From a virus (taxonomy: Duplodnaviria > Heunggongvirae > Uroviricota > Caudoviricetes), in IMG/VR virus record IMGVR_UViG_3300027375_000001: DNA of 64,000 nt. One strand, 5' to 3'. This document shows positions 9,009 to 17,304 of this stretch, one piece after another. The translations under genes and the position numbers were made by a program. The notes under the pieces were generated by a model. The model worked only from the letters and a program-made list of their open reading frames with translations, did not search any database and was not told the DNA's origin. Each line of letters begins with the position of its first letter. Within the stretch, counting starts at the first letter, position 1.

Positions 9009-9402
9009 CTATCTTTTTGCGTATTTTGACTTTTTTATCATTTTTATACTTTGCAGTATAAACTTCAATATCCAAATAAAATGTTTTGAATGGCAAATGA
9101 GACCAATCAAATTCTTTATCGCGATAAAGATCAAGTAAAAATTGTTGCTCTGCTCTCAAGTTATAGAACACACGACGAATGCCTGCATCCTTTACATATT
9201 GATTTCTTGCTGATTCGTTTTTGAATACAATCTTTTTAAGGTTGGTATTGAAAAGACTTTTTGCATCATACTGAGCACTGTTTGTCTCTACATACAAGAA
9301 TGGCTCATACTCAAAATCATACATTTTGCGTTTGCCATTTTTATCCCAACTCCACAAGAAAATCTTCTTGCGGCTATTGTCATAGTAAACATTTCTCCAC
9401 AT
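8977..9402 (-). CDS. gp43: DNA polymerase family B, N-terminal fragment (N-domain plus ExoI)
   Basis: MWRNVYY...YEPFLYVE...RRVFYNLRAEQQFLLDLY is a gp43-like N-terminus. ExoI FYLDIEV is followed by a basic tail and a stop. Confidence 0.9.
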   Translation of the reverse strand: MWRNVYYDNSRKKIFLWSWDKNGKRKMYDFEYEPFLYVETNSAQYDAKSLFNTNLKKIVFKNESARNQYVKDAGIRRVFYNLRAEQQFLLDLYRDKEFDWSHLPFKTFYLDIEVYTAKYKNDKKVKIRKKIDTQKTRGSNI

Positions 9403-9441
9403 GAGATATCATAACATGTGGTGGCTCATTAATCAAGCAAA

Positions 9442-10698
9442 TTATACATTGAATCCATTATTAGCGATGGCTGGTCTATTTTCGGTTGGCATCTTGAACA
9501 GCATCTCAACATGTTCATCAAGATGGTCATCTAGCCATCTCTTCTCTGCAAATTTGCGCGCCTTCACTGATTGCTTAAGGTATTCATTTCTATCTTTAAG
9601 CAGTGTTTCTAATTTAGAAATCATTTCATCGCCTGTTTTGAATTTGAACGGCGCCTCTTGGTATGGTTCCATGTCTTGATATACTCCGGGAATACCTAAT
9701 GCACCAGCCTCAAGCATTTTGATATCCGATTTTGCACGATTGAATTCATTACGTGCGAGTGGTGCGATTACGGCATTGATATTAAGAGATCCAAATGTTC
9801 TTGGCATTTCGTAAATGTTTACCCACGGCACGTGAATAATTTCTTTTCGATTTACAAAGGGCAGCAATCTCATCGGAATGCCACCCATAAATACCCACTG
9901 AAACTTATTCCGCGTTTTGATAATTGCTTCAATAACATGTGCAAAGTCATCTTGTTGATTCGCAGTATTAGCCGGGTCAAAATGAGTGCCAGATCCCATA
10001 TACCCGATTATTGGTTTCTTTTTATTTTTGACGTAATTCTTGTCAATCTTAATCGGGTCATAAAAATCATGAAGCCAGAATTTAGGGGCATAGTTTGGAA
10101 TGACGTTGATTTCTTGCTTGCCTGATTTTTTCTTATAGTAATCTCTCATGTATGGAGAGACTACACACATTTCATCACATAGATTAATAATTTCTATAAT
10201 ATTACTTCTAATTTGGGGATCTGTAAATGCAGGTCTGCTTGTGTTGTATAGGGGGATATCTTCGGAGAATACAACATCATCCACTTCGTAGATCAATTTA
10301 AATCCAAACTCTTTTTGCATTGATTTCAAGAATTTAACAAACATGAGTTGTTCGTTAGTTGCTTGTCTTTGTAATTTGATAGCATTTACTGGTCTGTAAA
10401 AATTGGGATCCGTATTCATTTGTGTCAACCCATTGACTACTGTTTTATTATACCCATTCATTAGCAATTCTGGCCATGACATTCTCCATAATCCACACCC
10501 ACCATAATCAGCATAGAAATGAATAGCTCTCTTGAGGCCCGCACCTGGAGGTTCAGTAGTATTGACAACCTGTTGAGAATTTCTCAACTGCTCTGTTTGT
10601 TGATCCATCCTATGGCGGAAGAATTCTGGATTATAATTTCCAAATGCGGGCTTGCCGAAAACACTACCATGAATATGTGGCTGGGTATTAAAATGCAT
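9442..10698 (-). CDS. GT-B fold glycosyltransferase (GT4-like)
   Basis: YADYGGCGLWRMSWP, IYEVDDVVF, IGYMGSGTH, APLARNEFNRAKSDIKMLEAGALGIP. Confidence 0.8.
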   Translation of the reverse strand: MHFNTQPHIHGSVFGKPAFGNYNPEFFRHRMDQQTEQLRNSQQVVNTTEPPGAGLKRAIHFYADYGGCGLWRMSWPELLMNGYNKTVVNGLTQMNTDPNFYRPVNAIKLQRQATNEQLMFVKFLKSMQKEFGFKLIYEVDDVVFSEDIPLYNTSRPAFTDPQIRSNIIEIINLCDEMCVVSPYMRDYYKKKSGKQEINVIPNYAPKFWLHDFYDPIKIDKNYVKNKKKPIIGYMGSGTHFDPANTANQQDDFAHVIEAIIKTRNKFQWVFMGGIPMRLLPFVNRKEIIHVPWVNIYEMPRTFGSLNINAVIAPLARNEFNRAKSDIKMLEAGALGIPGVYQDMEPYQEAPFKFKTGDEMISKLETLLKDRNEYLKQSVKARKFAEKRWLDDHLDEHVEMLFKMPTENRPAIANNGFNV

Positions 10699-10710
10699 AT
10701 AATTTAGAAA

Positions 10711-12522
10711 TTAAATAGTAGCAGTTTCCCTCAATGTCAATTCGGTTATGCCATTTTTTTTCTCTAAAAAGATTACATTGGCGTCGTTCATAAGTGTTGC
10801 ATTTTCCTTTCGGTGTGTGATGATATACATTGCTTCACTGTACTTCACCGATCTTTCTTTAAGCATATCTAGAACACTAGTAACACCTTCGCTGGATAAA
10901 GCAGAATCAATTAATTCATCATACACACTAATGTTAATAGTTGTATTAGACTGTAACCGGCGAATGTCTTGGAATGTGAATAACATTGCAAGATCGATTC
11001 TTTTTCTTTCGCCGCCAGAAAACGATTCATAAGAACATTCAATTCCTTTATCATTGTTAATTTTCTCTTCGAACACATCATCAAATGTGCATGTACATGG
11101 GGCGTTTAATGCCTTTAGATAATGTGCAAGTCTTGAATTAAGCAGCTTGAGAATTTTTTTGACAATAAATTTCTTAATGCCTTCTTCAGATAATAAGAAC
11201 TTAACTATTTCAAGAATTTCAATTTTATCTGCCTCTTCTTTGACTTTAATTTCGATGGTGTTAAGATGGCTGACTGCTGTATTGATTATTTTCGTAAAAT
11301 CATCATCTTCTAGATTTAGATTAGCCAAATCACTTTCAATAGTGGCTGTCCAATTTCTTAGTTGGTTAATGCGTGACTCTATGCTTGATTTTTCGCTTTT
11401 CTTTGTTTCTCCATAGACCAGCTTTTGATTAATTTCATTCAATGCATCGCTACATTTTATTAATCTTGATTCAATTTCATTATGCACATTAGTCCATTTT
11501 GTTATTTGGAGCGTATGTTCTTCTATTGATTGTTTTAATTTTTCAATTTCATCATCTTGGTTTTTAATGTCGGATTCGGTAAAAACACGCAGACATTTAT
11601 CACATGAAGGGCCGTGATTGCTAATATGTGATATCCTTTGTTTGTGTATCTTTATTTCAAAGCTAATGCGTGTTTTATTAGTCAAAACAACATCTTTAGT
11701 TTTTCGAAGTTCGTCTTGTTTTTGCTCAATGAGTTGTTTATTGATTGCCAACTTTTCTGCATCAGGTATTACGATTGAATTTAATTTTTCCGTTAATCTA
11801 CCAATTTCTGTTGCATTTGATTGAATACGTTCCTGTAACTCTGTGACTTTGCTTTGTCTTCTTTCAATGCTCTTTTGTGCCTGCTCTTCATACTGAGCAA
11901 GAGTTTTTTTCGAGTCATCTAATCTACTCGACGCTACTTCAAAATCTTTCTTGGTTTCGGAAATAATCTTTGAATGAACCTTTGCCATGTCAGTAAAGAC
12001 ACCTAGATGCAATATGCTTTCAATGAATTTTCTGCGGTCATTTTTATTCTGATTCATAAATCCGATAGAATCATTGAGCGTCATAATAACCGCGTATTTG
12101 AATACATCTGCAGTAGCATTTATGGTGTTCTCGATTACGTTGTCAGTCTCACGGATATTTTGGGTTATATCAATACCGTTTTTATACAGCTGCATTTTTG
12201 AAGGCGACAACTGCCTCATAAGAATATATTCATCCTTGTTGTGGTTGTCGTATACGTCAAATGTAATAACTGATTTGCAGGGCTTGCCTGTAATGTTATT
12301 AGCTATTTCTTTTTTGTTTAGCTTTCGGAGAGTATTGCCATAAAGAGAAAAGAAAAAGGAGTCGGTAAACAATGCAGATTTACCGACTCCGTTTGAGCTA
12401 TTTTTGTCGTGATTATATCCTGTAATGAAAGTTAGACCTGGTTTGATATCCAGTTCGACCCATTCATCTCCAATGCTTAGAAAATTTTTGATCTTTAATT
12501 TTTTTAAGACAACTCGCTTCAT
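10711..12522 (-). CDS. gp46: Recombination endonuclease ATPase subunit (Rad50/SbcC-like)
   Basis: IKNFLSIG, SNGVGKS, coiled coil with CDKC hook, FSGGERKRIDLA, YDELIDS, IITHR. Confidence 0.95.
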   Translation of the reverse strand: MKRVVLKKLKIKNFLSIGDEWVELDIKPGLTFITGYNHDKNSSNGVGKSALFTDSFFFSLYGNTLRKLNKKEIANNITGKPCKSVITFDVYDNHNKDEYILMRQLSPSKMQLYKNGIDITQNIRETDNVIENTINATADVFKYAVIMTLNDSIGFMNQNKNDRRKFIESILHLGVFTDMAKVHSKIISETKKDFEVASSRLDDSKKTLAQYEEQAQKSIERRQSKVTELQERIQSNATEIGRLTEKLNSIVIPDAEKLAINKQLIEQKQDELRKTKDVVLTNKTRISFEIKIHKQRISHISNHGPSCDKCLRVFTESDIKNQDDEIEKLKQSIEEHTLQITKWTNVHNEIESRLIKCSDALNEINQKLVYGETKKSEKSSIESRINQLRNWTATIESDLANLNLEDDDFTKIINTAVSHLNTIEIKVKEEADKIEILEIVKFLLSEEGIKKFIVKKILKLLNSRLAHYLKALNAPCTCTFDDVFEEKINNDKGIECSYESFSGGERKRIDLAMLFTFQDIRRLQSNTTINISVYDELIDSALSSEGVTSVLDMLKERSVKYSEAMYIITHRKENATLMNDANVIFLEKKNGITELTLRETATI

Positions 12523-12530
12523 TGTGAATT

Positions 12531-12559
12531 ACTATAAAGCACTATGTTAAAAAAATCAA
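12531..12559 (-). promoter_or_regulatory. Sigma70-type promoter upstream of gp46
   Basis: Minus strand TTGATT-N17-TATAGT, 8 nt before the ATG. Confidence 0.5.
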
Positions 12560-12562
12560 GAA

Positions 12563-12976
12563 CTAAGATATAAATTCTTTATCTAAATTTGCGCCTTCGT
12601 ATGGGCCAGTTTTATATTCGTAAACTATTGTATCGTCTTCTAATATTAGATATGTATGGCCTCCATAAAGAGTGAAACTTGCGTCACCTGGTAGAAGAAC
12701 TTCCTCAGCGATGATAGTATCGTCTAGATCATATAAAAAACACTTAACACTGCCCTTTATTACAATCCAAGATTCCTGCGCTATCTGATTCTCATGGGTT
12801 CTTTTTTTTGTTATATGTTTATGAGGGGGGAATGTTTTATTTTTTGGCATATTTAATGATGCACATTGAATAAAATTATTTTCCGGCACTATTTCGGTTC
12901 TTGATTCTATTTCACTTAATCTGTTTATTATGTGAAGTAGTTTATCTGGCACAACTTTTGAATATATTTTTTTCAT
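12563..12976 (-). CDS. WbuC-like cupin-fold protein
   Basis: KTFPPHKH, QESWIVIKG, GGHTYLILEDDTIVYEYKTGPY. Confidence 0.75.
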   Translation of the reverse strand: MKKIYSKVVPDKLLHIINRLSEIESRTEIVPENNFIQCASLNMPKNKTFPPHKHITKKRTHENQIAQESWIVIKGSVKCFLYDLDDTIIAEEVLLPGDASFTLYGGHTYLILEDDTIVYEYKTGPYEGANLDKEFIS

Positions 12977-13979
12977 AGTTTTTTTCTAACTTAGCCGTCC
13001 ACTCACCTATCATATCATCCATGAGCGTTTCGAAATTATATTCTGGTTCCCATCCTAGTGTTTTTCTTATTTTTGTAGAATCGCCTTTTAAGTATTTTAA
13101 TTCCTCTGCTCTTAAAAATTTTTGATCTTGCGACACGTATTTAGTATAATCTAAATCTAATTTTTTAAAAACATATTCAACCATTTCTCTAACTGAATGT
13201 GTTGTCATTGTTGACACAACAAAATCATCTGGAATATCATGATTTACTATCATGTGCATTGCTTTTACATAATCTTTTGAGTGGCCCCAATCGCGATAAG
13301 AATCCATATTACCCAATACTAAATTATCAGTTAATCCTAATTTTATTTCAACTGCCGTTTTGACTACTTTATTGGTTACAAAATTTGACCCTCTTCTTGG
13401 TGATTCGTGGTTAAATAATATTCCATTGCACGCATGCAATTTATATGCGTTGCGATAATTTCTGACGATATTATAACCAAAAACTTTAGAACAGCCATAA
13501 GGACTAACAGGATTCATGGGGGTTGTTTCTCTCTGAAACCCATCTATATCTACAGAATTTCCAAACATTTCAGACGAACTCGCTTGATAAAATCTAGCAC
13601 TTGGGCAAGAACGTCTATATGCTTCTAAAATATTAAGAACACCAATAGCGTTTGTTTGAATTGTAAATTGTGGAATGTCAAAACTAATCCTGACATGGCT
13701 TTGGGCTGCAAGGTTATAAATCTCATCCGGTTGTATTTGATCCAATAATTTTTCTAAACCACCCTGATCTAGTAAATCTCCGTAATGAATATTAACTTTA
13801 TGTCTGACATCTTCACTAAATCTGCTTTGTTGTGATTCTACAGTTGAATTTCTTCTTATAATGCCGTGAACTTCATAACCCAAATCCAGTAAATATTCGA
13901 CCAGGTAGCTTCCGTCCTGTCCGTTAGTACCCGTCAGAAACGCCCGGCGGCCTTTATAATTAATTTTTTCTTTTTCCAT
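12942..13979 (-). CDS. gmd: GDP-mannose 4,6-dehydratase
   Basis: TGTNGQDGSYL, YNLAAQSHV, YQASSSEMFG, SPYGCSK, GILFNHESPRRG, FVTNKV, RDWGH. Confidence 0.95.
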   Translation of the reverse strand: MEKEKINYKGRRAFLTGTNGQDGSYLVEYLLDLGYEVHGIIRRNSTVESQQSRFSEDVRHKVNIHYGDLLDQGGLEKLLDQIQPDEIYNLAAQSHVRISFDIPQFTIQTNAIGVLNILEAYRRSCPSARFYQASSSEMFGNSVDIDGFQRETTPMNPVSPYGCSKVFGYNIVRNYRNAYKLHACNGILFNHESPRRGSNFVTNKVVKTAVEIKLGLTDNLVLGNMDSYRDWGHSKDYVKAMHMIVNHDIPDDFVVSTMTTHSVREMVEYVFKKLDLDYTKYVSQDQKFLRAEELKYLKGDSTKIRKTLGWEPEYNFETLMDDMIGEWTAKLEKNYEKNIFKSCAR

Positions 13980-13983
13980 AATT

Positions 13984-14580
13984 TTATTTAAAAATTTCCA
14001 TTTTTGTCAGGTCGGGCCAATCAGTAACTAGCCATTTCTTAGGTGCAGTATCAATTGCCTGTTTTATTTTTTTTAATCCTAAATCGGCTACCTCTGGTGT
14101 CATATAGTAGTGATATCCAACTGTATCAATATTTTGTTCTCTCCATGGTATATTTGGTAACCTACCATCGTAAGACATTTTTTTAAGTATAGCGTAATCA
14201 TTTTTATTGTCAATCAAAATCATTCCACCACGACCCAGTGAAAGATGCTTTTGATATTGAAAGCTAATACACATAAATGTATTTGGTATATAGCTATCCT
14301 TTCTCCAAAGAACCGCAGCGTCTATTATCTTCTTACTACTGTAGTTAAGTACATAGTAGTCTTCCCATTCTTCATCTCTCCACACTCTTTGTAGTCCCAT
14401 TTTTTCCGCTAAAAAAGGCACTGATAAATACGTTCTTTTAGGTACATTTATTTTTGTCTCCTTTGTATATCTTAAGCATAATTCAATGCCATGAGTACAA
14501 CTATCTACTGCGACAGCATATGGTGAACCAAAAAAATTAGCTACAGCCTTTTCAAATTCATTAACGGTTTCAAATGACAT
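13984..14580 (-). CDS. Short DegT/DnrJ-type PLP-dependent sugar aminotransferase
   Basis: FEKAVANFFG..YAVAVDSCTHGIEL, IIDAA, SFQYQKHLSLGRGGMIL (PLP lysine), GYHYYMT; only 198 aa. Confidence 0.8.
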   Translation of the reverse strand: MSFETVNEFEKAVANFFGSPYAVAVDSCTHGIELCLRYTKETKINVPKRTYLSVPFLAEKMGLQRVWRDEEWEDYYVLNYSSKKIIDAAVLWRKDSYIPNTFMCISFQYQKHLSLGRGGMILIDNKNDYAILKKMSYDGRLPNIPWREQNIDTVGYHYYMTPEVADLGLKKIKQAIDTAPKKWLVTDWPDLTKMEIFK

Positions 14581-15397
14581 ATTTTATGTATCTATTTTCA
14601 ATAAAGTTTTTATAAATATAATCTTCCGCCATCAACAAGTCAACGGCTAATTGAAGATTTTTTTCAACTGATTTTATTTTAGAATAATACAGTTCAAAAG
14701 ACAGATCTTCGACTTTAAAATTATCATCCAATATTATTATACCATCAGTATCAAAGTAATCACTAATATTTGGCATACCGTAGTAAATCGGGATTGTGCC
14801 TGTCATAAAGCAGTCTGTTATTTTTTCGGTAAACATGTTGGAATACGTTGCATTTTCCATTGCTATTGAAAAGCAATAATCTTTTAAACCACTTTCTTTG
14901 TTTTGTATTTCATTGTAACCTCTGCCGAAATGATCACATTTACTTGAAAATTTTTGAATTATGTGCTGTCTATATTGATGGTCTGCACACATTATTTTAT
15001 TTGATGCGATCATTGATATTAATTTAGTTTTTGGATATATTTCGCCCTGCTTAAAATATGATTTGCCACTACATTGTGTTAATTGAAATATATCTGACGT
15101 TTTGGCTAATTGTGCATCATGTGTAAAAACTTTTATGAATTTTGTCTTCAGTAAATCAGAATTATTTTCGGCCCATGAATAAATATCGGGTATAATTGTT
15201 TTAGATTCACATATCCATCCATAGTTTTTTGTATGTGGTGTTGTTTGATGATATATTCCATGATCTATATAAACAGAAATCGATGCCGAGCCGTCTTTGG
15301 TCCATTCAATAAATTTTGGAGGCAGGTCGTTTGATGATATACTGTGTTGAAACCCGCCAGCAATCATATTGATTTTAACTTTTTTAAAATTCATCAT
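14570..15397 (-). CDS. Glycosyltransferase family 10 (fucosyltransferase)-like protein
   Basis: KTKLISMIAS.K, DHFGRG, YCFSIAMEN, FTEKITDCF..GTIPIYYG. Confidence 0.75.
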   Translation of the reverse strand: MMNFKKVKINMIAGGFQHSISSNDLPPKFIEWTKDGSASISVYIDHGIYHQTTPHTKNYGWICESKTIIPDIYSWAENNSDLLKTKFIKVFTHDAQLAKTSDIFQLTQCSGKSYFKQGEIYPKTKLISMIASNKIMCADHQYRQHIIQKFSSKCDHFGRGYNEIQNKESGLKDYCFSIAMENATYSNMFTEKITDCFMTGTIPIYYGMPNISDYFDTDGIIILDDNFKVEDLSFELYYSKIKSVEKNLQLAVDLLMAEDYIYKNFIENRYIKYVI

Positions 15398-15914
15398 AGC
15401 CTAATTTTTTAGCATTTTTGATTATTTTTTCAGGATTAATTTTTTTAACTAACACTGCCGGATTTCCTTTATAAACGCCCCATTCTTCTGTATCTCCCAT
15501 CAATAAACTACCTGCTGCTAGTAAAACACCTTTTCTTAGTATAGATCCGGGCAATACGATAGAATTTGTACCTATATTAGAAAACTCTTCCATCACAATG
15601 GGTTTTATAATTTGTGTTCCTTTTAAATCCTTTGGTATCATTGCACCAAATAAACCACTACCATCAAACCTATCAGACCCACATATAATCCTAGCACCCG
15701 CCATTATATTATTAAATCCCTTTGAAGTAAATGAGCCATCTTTACCTCCTATTATTGTTACATAAGGGCCGACATGCACATAACTACCAATAGTAGTGTT
15801 GGTTGTACAATAAAATCCCTTATCAATGGCTACATGTGAACCATTGATAATTAAATCCTGTTTTATAAAAATATCTTCATCTATAATTATATCGTCTCCG
15901 AGAACTTTTATCAT
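15384..15914 (-). CDS. Hexapeptide-repeat sugar acyltransferase
   Basis: Left-handed beta-helix repeats (IGSYVHVGPYVTIIGG; IGTNSIVLPGSIL), WGVYKGNPA. Confidence 0.85.
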   Translation of the reverse strand: MIKVLGDDIIIDEDIFIKQDLIINGSHVAIDKGFYCTTNTTIGSYVHVGPYVTIIGGKDGSFTSKGFNNIMAGARIICGSDRFDGSGLFGAMIPKDLKGTQIIKPIVMEEFSNIGTNSIVLPGSILRKGVLLAAGSLLMGDTEEWGVYKGNPAVLVKKINPEKIIKNAKKLGYDEF

Positions 15915-16003
15915 AAAATATCTATAAAAATTACAACCGACTCTTTACAAATCAAATCATATCATTTGTATTTATTGCAAAAAAGCTCGTATTCAAATGA
16001 ATT

Positions 16004-16591
16004 TTATCGCGGTTTTAATTCACTATAGGCTTCTTTCATCGCTGCGTTGTAATCCCTATATCCGTTTTGTAAATCAGAATAATTTGGCATTTGATACGCT
16101 ATCATAGGATCACACATATACATATTATGTTGAGGCATAATCAGGTTATAGTGAACATCCATTTCATATATTTGTGGTAAGTTTAAAATAGTATCATACA
16201 TTTGCGAATTTACAATATATGCATGTAGTGCATATGCGTGCGTTAATTTTATTAAGCAGTCGGATACTCTTGTAGTATGCGCAAGCAAAGATGCACCAAG
16301 ATATAGTACATCCCAATTATGATTTTGTATCTCGTTTACTGATCTCAGCAAAATATCATTCGCGTTGTCTTCAAACATTGCGTCATCTTCGAGAATTAAA
16401 ACATACGGCCATTTGCGTTCTTTTGCTATTCTGATGCATTGTTTGTGTGATTTGAATGCAGTTCTTGTCTCGTCGATAATTGCCTCAACCCTATATACAT
16501 TGCTAATAACATTGCTTAATTTTTTAATCTCATTAGTAATATGCTCAAACCTATCTTGCCTATGCTTTAGATTAATAATAAGTGTGTTCAT
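16004..16591 (-). CDS. Glycosyltransferase family 25-like
   Basis: IINLKHRQDR, SHKQCI, VLILEDDA, WDVLYLG, HAYIVN. Confidence 0.85.
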   Translation of the reverse strand: MNTLIINLKHRQDRFEHITNEIKKLSNVISNVYRVEAIIDETRTAFKSHKQCIRIAKERKWPYVLILEDDAMFEDNANDILLRSVNEIQNHNWDVLYLGASLLAHTTRVSDCLIKLTHAYALHAYIVNSQMYDTILNLPQIYEMDVHYNLIMPQHNMYMCDPMIAYQMPNYSDLQNGYRDYNAAMKEAYSELKPR

Positions 16592-16626
16592 GTAATGTTC
16601 TATTTTATATATTATCTCCGTCCAGA

Positions 16627-17292
16627 TTATGGTGTCAAATCTTCTTTAGCAAAAACATCCTGCCATCCATCTGCTATTATTCCACCGGATCTCGTGTAGT
16701 TAAAATACATAGAATGATCTCTTGCATTTAAGAGAATTTTTGGATTAAGTTGTTGGGTATATCTGTTGCAATCTACTTCAAATTGCCACGGATTGCAAGA
16801 ATGTGATTCTAGTAAATGTTTCAAATACTCGGTTTTCCAAATTGCAGGTTGTACGGAATTTAAATAATCACTATGTTGATTGAATATATACAAATTATTT
16901 TCAAGATGTTTTAATTCATATATGCCTGGTGGGTATAACCTATCAAATAATATTTTATCCGCATTATGATGCTCTAACATTTGAATATGCTCTCTTATAA
17001 ATTTCGACGTAATCGGCTCTGTCAAATAATAATCTTCAAGAATAAGACAAACATATGGTGTCTTAATTTCATTAAGACCTTTTAACATGATATCAGTCCA
17101 TTGTAAATTAGCCCCAGGAGTTACACTAATATAATCTTTATATTGTATCTTAATCGTTTCGCTTACAAAAATATTTTTTGTTTTTAATTGCCAATATCTT
17201 TTAAACAGAATGTCAAAATTTTCCCAAAGGTGGCGATATTTATCACATGACCCAATTAATACTGAGAGCAGATCTGCATCTTCTTTATTCAT
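16627..17292 (-). CDS. Putative GT-A glycosyltransferase
   Basis: VLIGSCDKY..LW, LILEDYYL, QPAIWK..YL, NPWQFE pattern; located in the glycan island. Confidence 0.55.
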   Translation of the reverse strand: MNKEDADLLSVLIGSCDKYRHLWENFDILFKRYWQLKTKNIFVSETIKIQYKDYISVTPGANLQWTDIMLKGLNEIKTPYVCLILEDYYLTEPITSKFIREHIQMLEHHNADKILFDRLYPPGIYELKHLENNLYIFNQHSDYLNSVQPAIWKTEYLKHLLESHSCNPWQFEVDCNRYTQQLNPKILLNARDHSMYFNYTRSGGIIADGWQDVFAKEDLTP

Positions 17293-17304
17293 ATTTTTTG
17301 TTGG

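Noticed and set aside
8710-9055. Group I intron rejoining the polymerase halves
   Set aside because: The interval is A-rich with no recognisable P7 or other conserved core, the gap proper is only 137 nt, and both flanks look like purposeful coding sequence. RT-PCR would settle it.
8700-9060. Functional split intein in gp43
   Set aside because: HN|S is present, but there is no Cys/Ser-1 block A, no TxxH block B and no block F, and the two extensions total only ~65 aa, too small for a HINT fold. Kept only as a possible degenerate relic.
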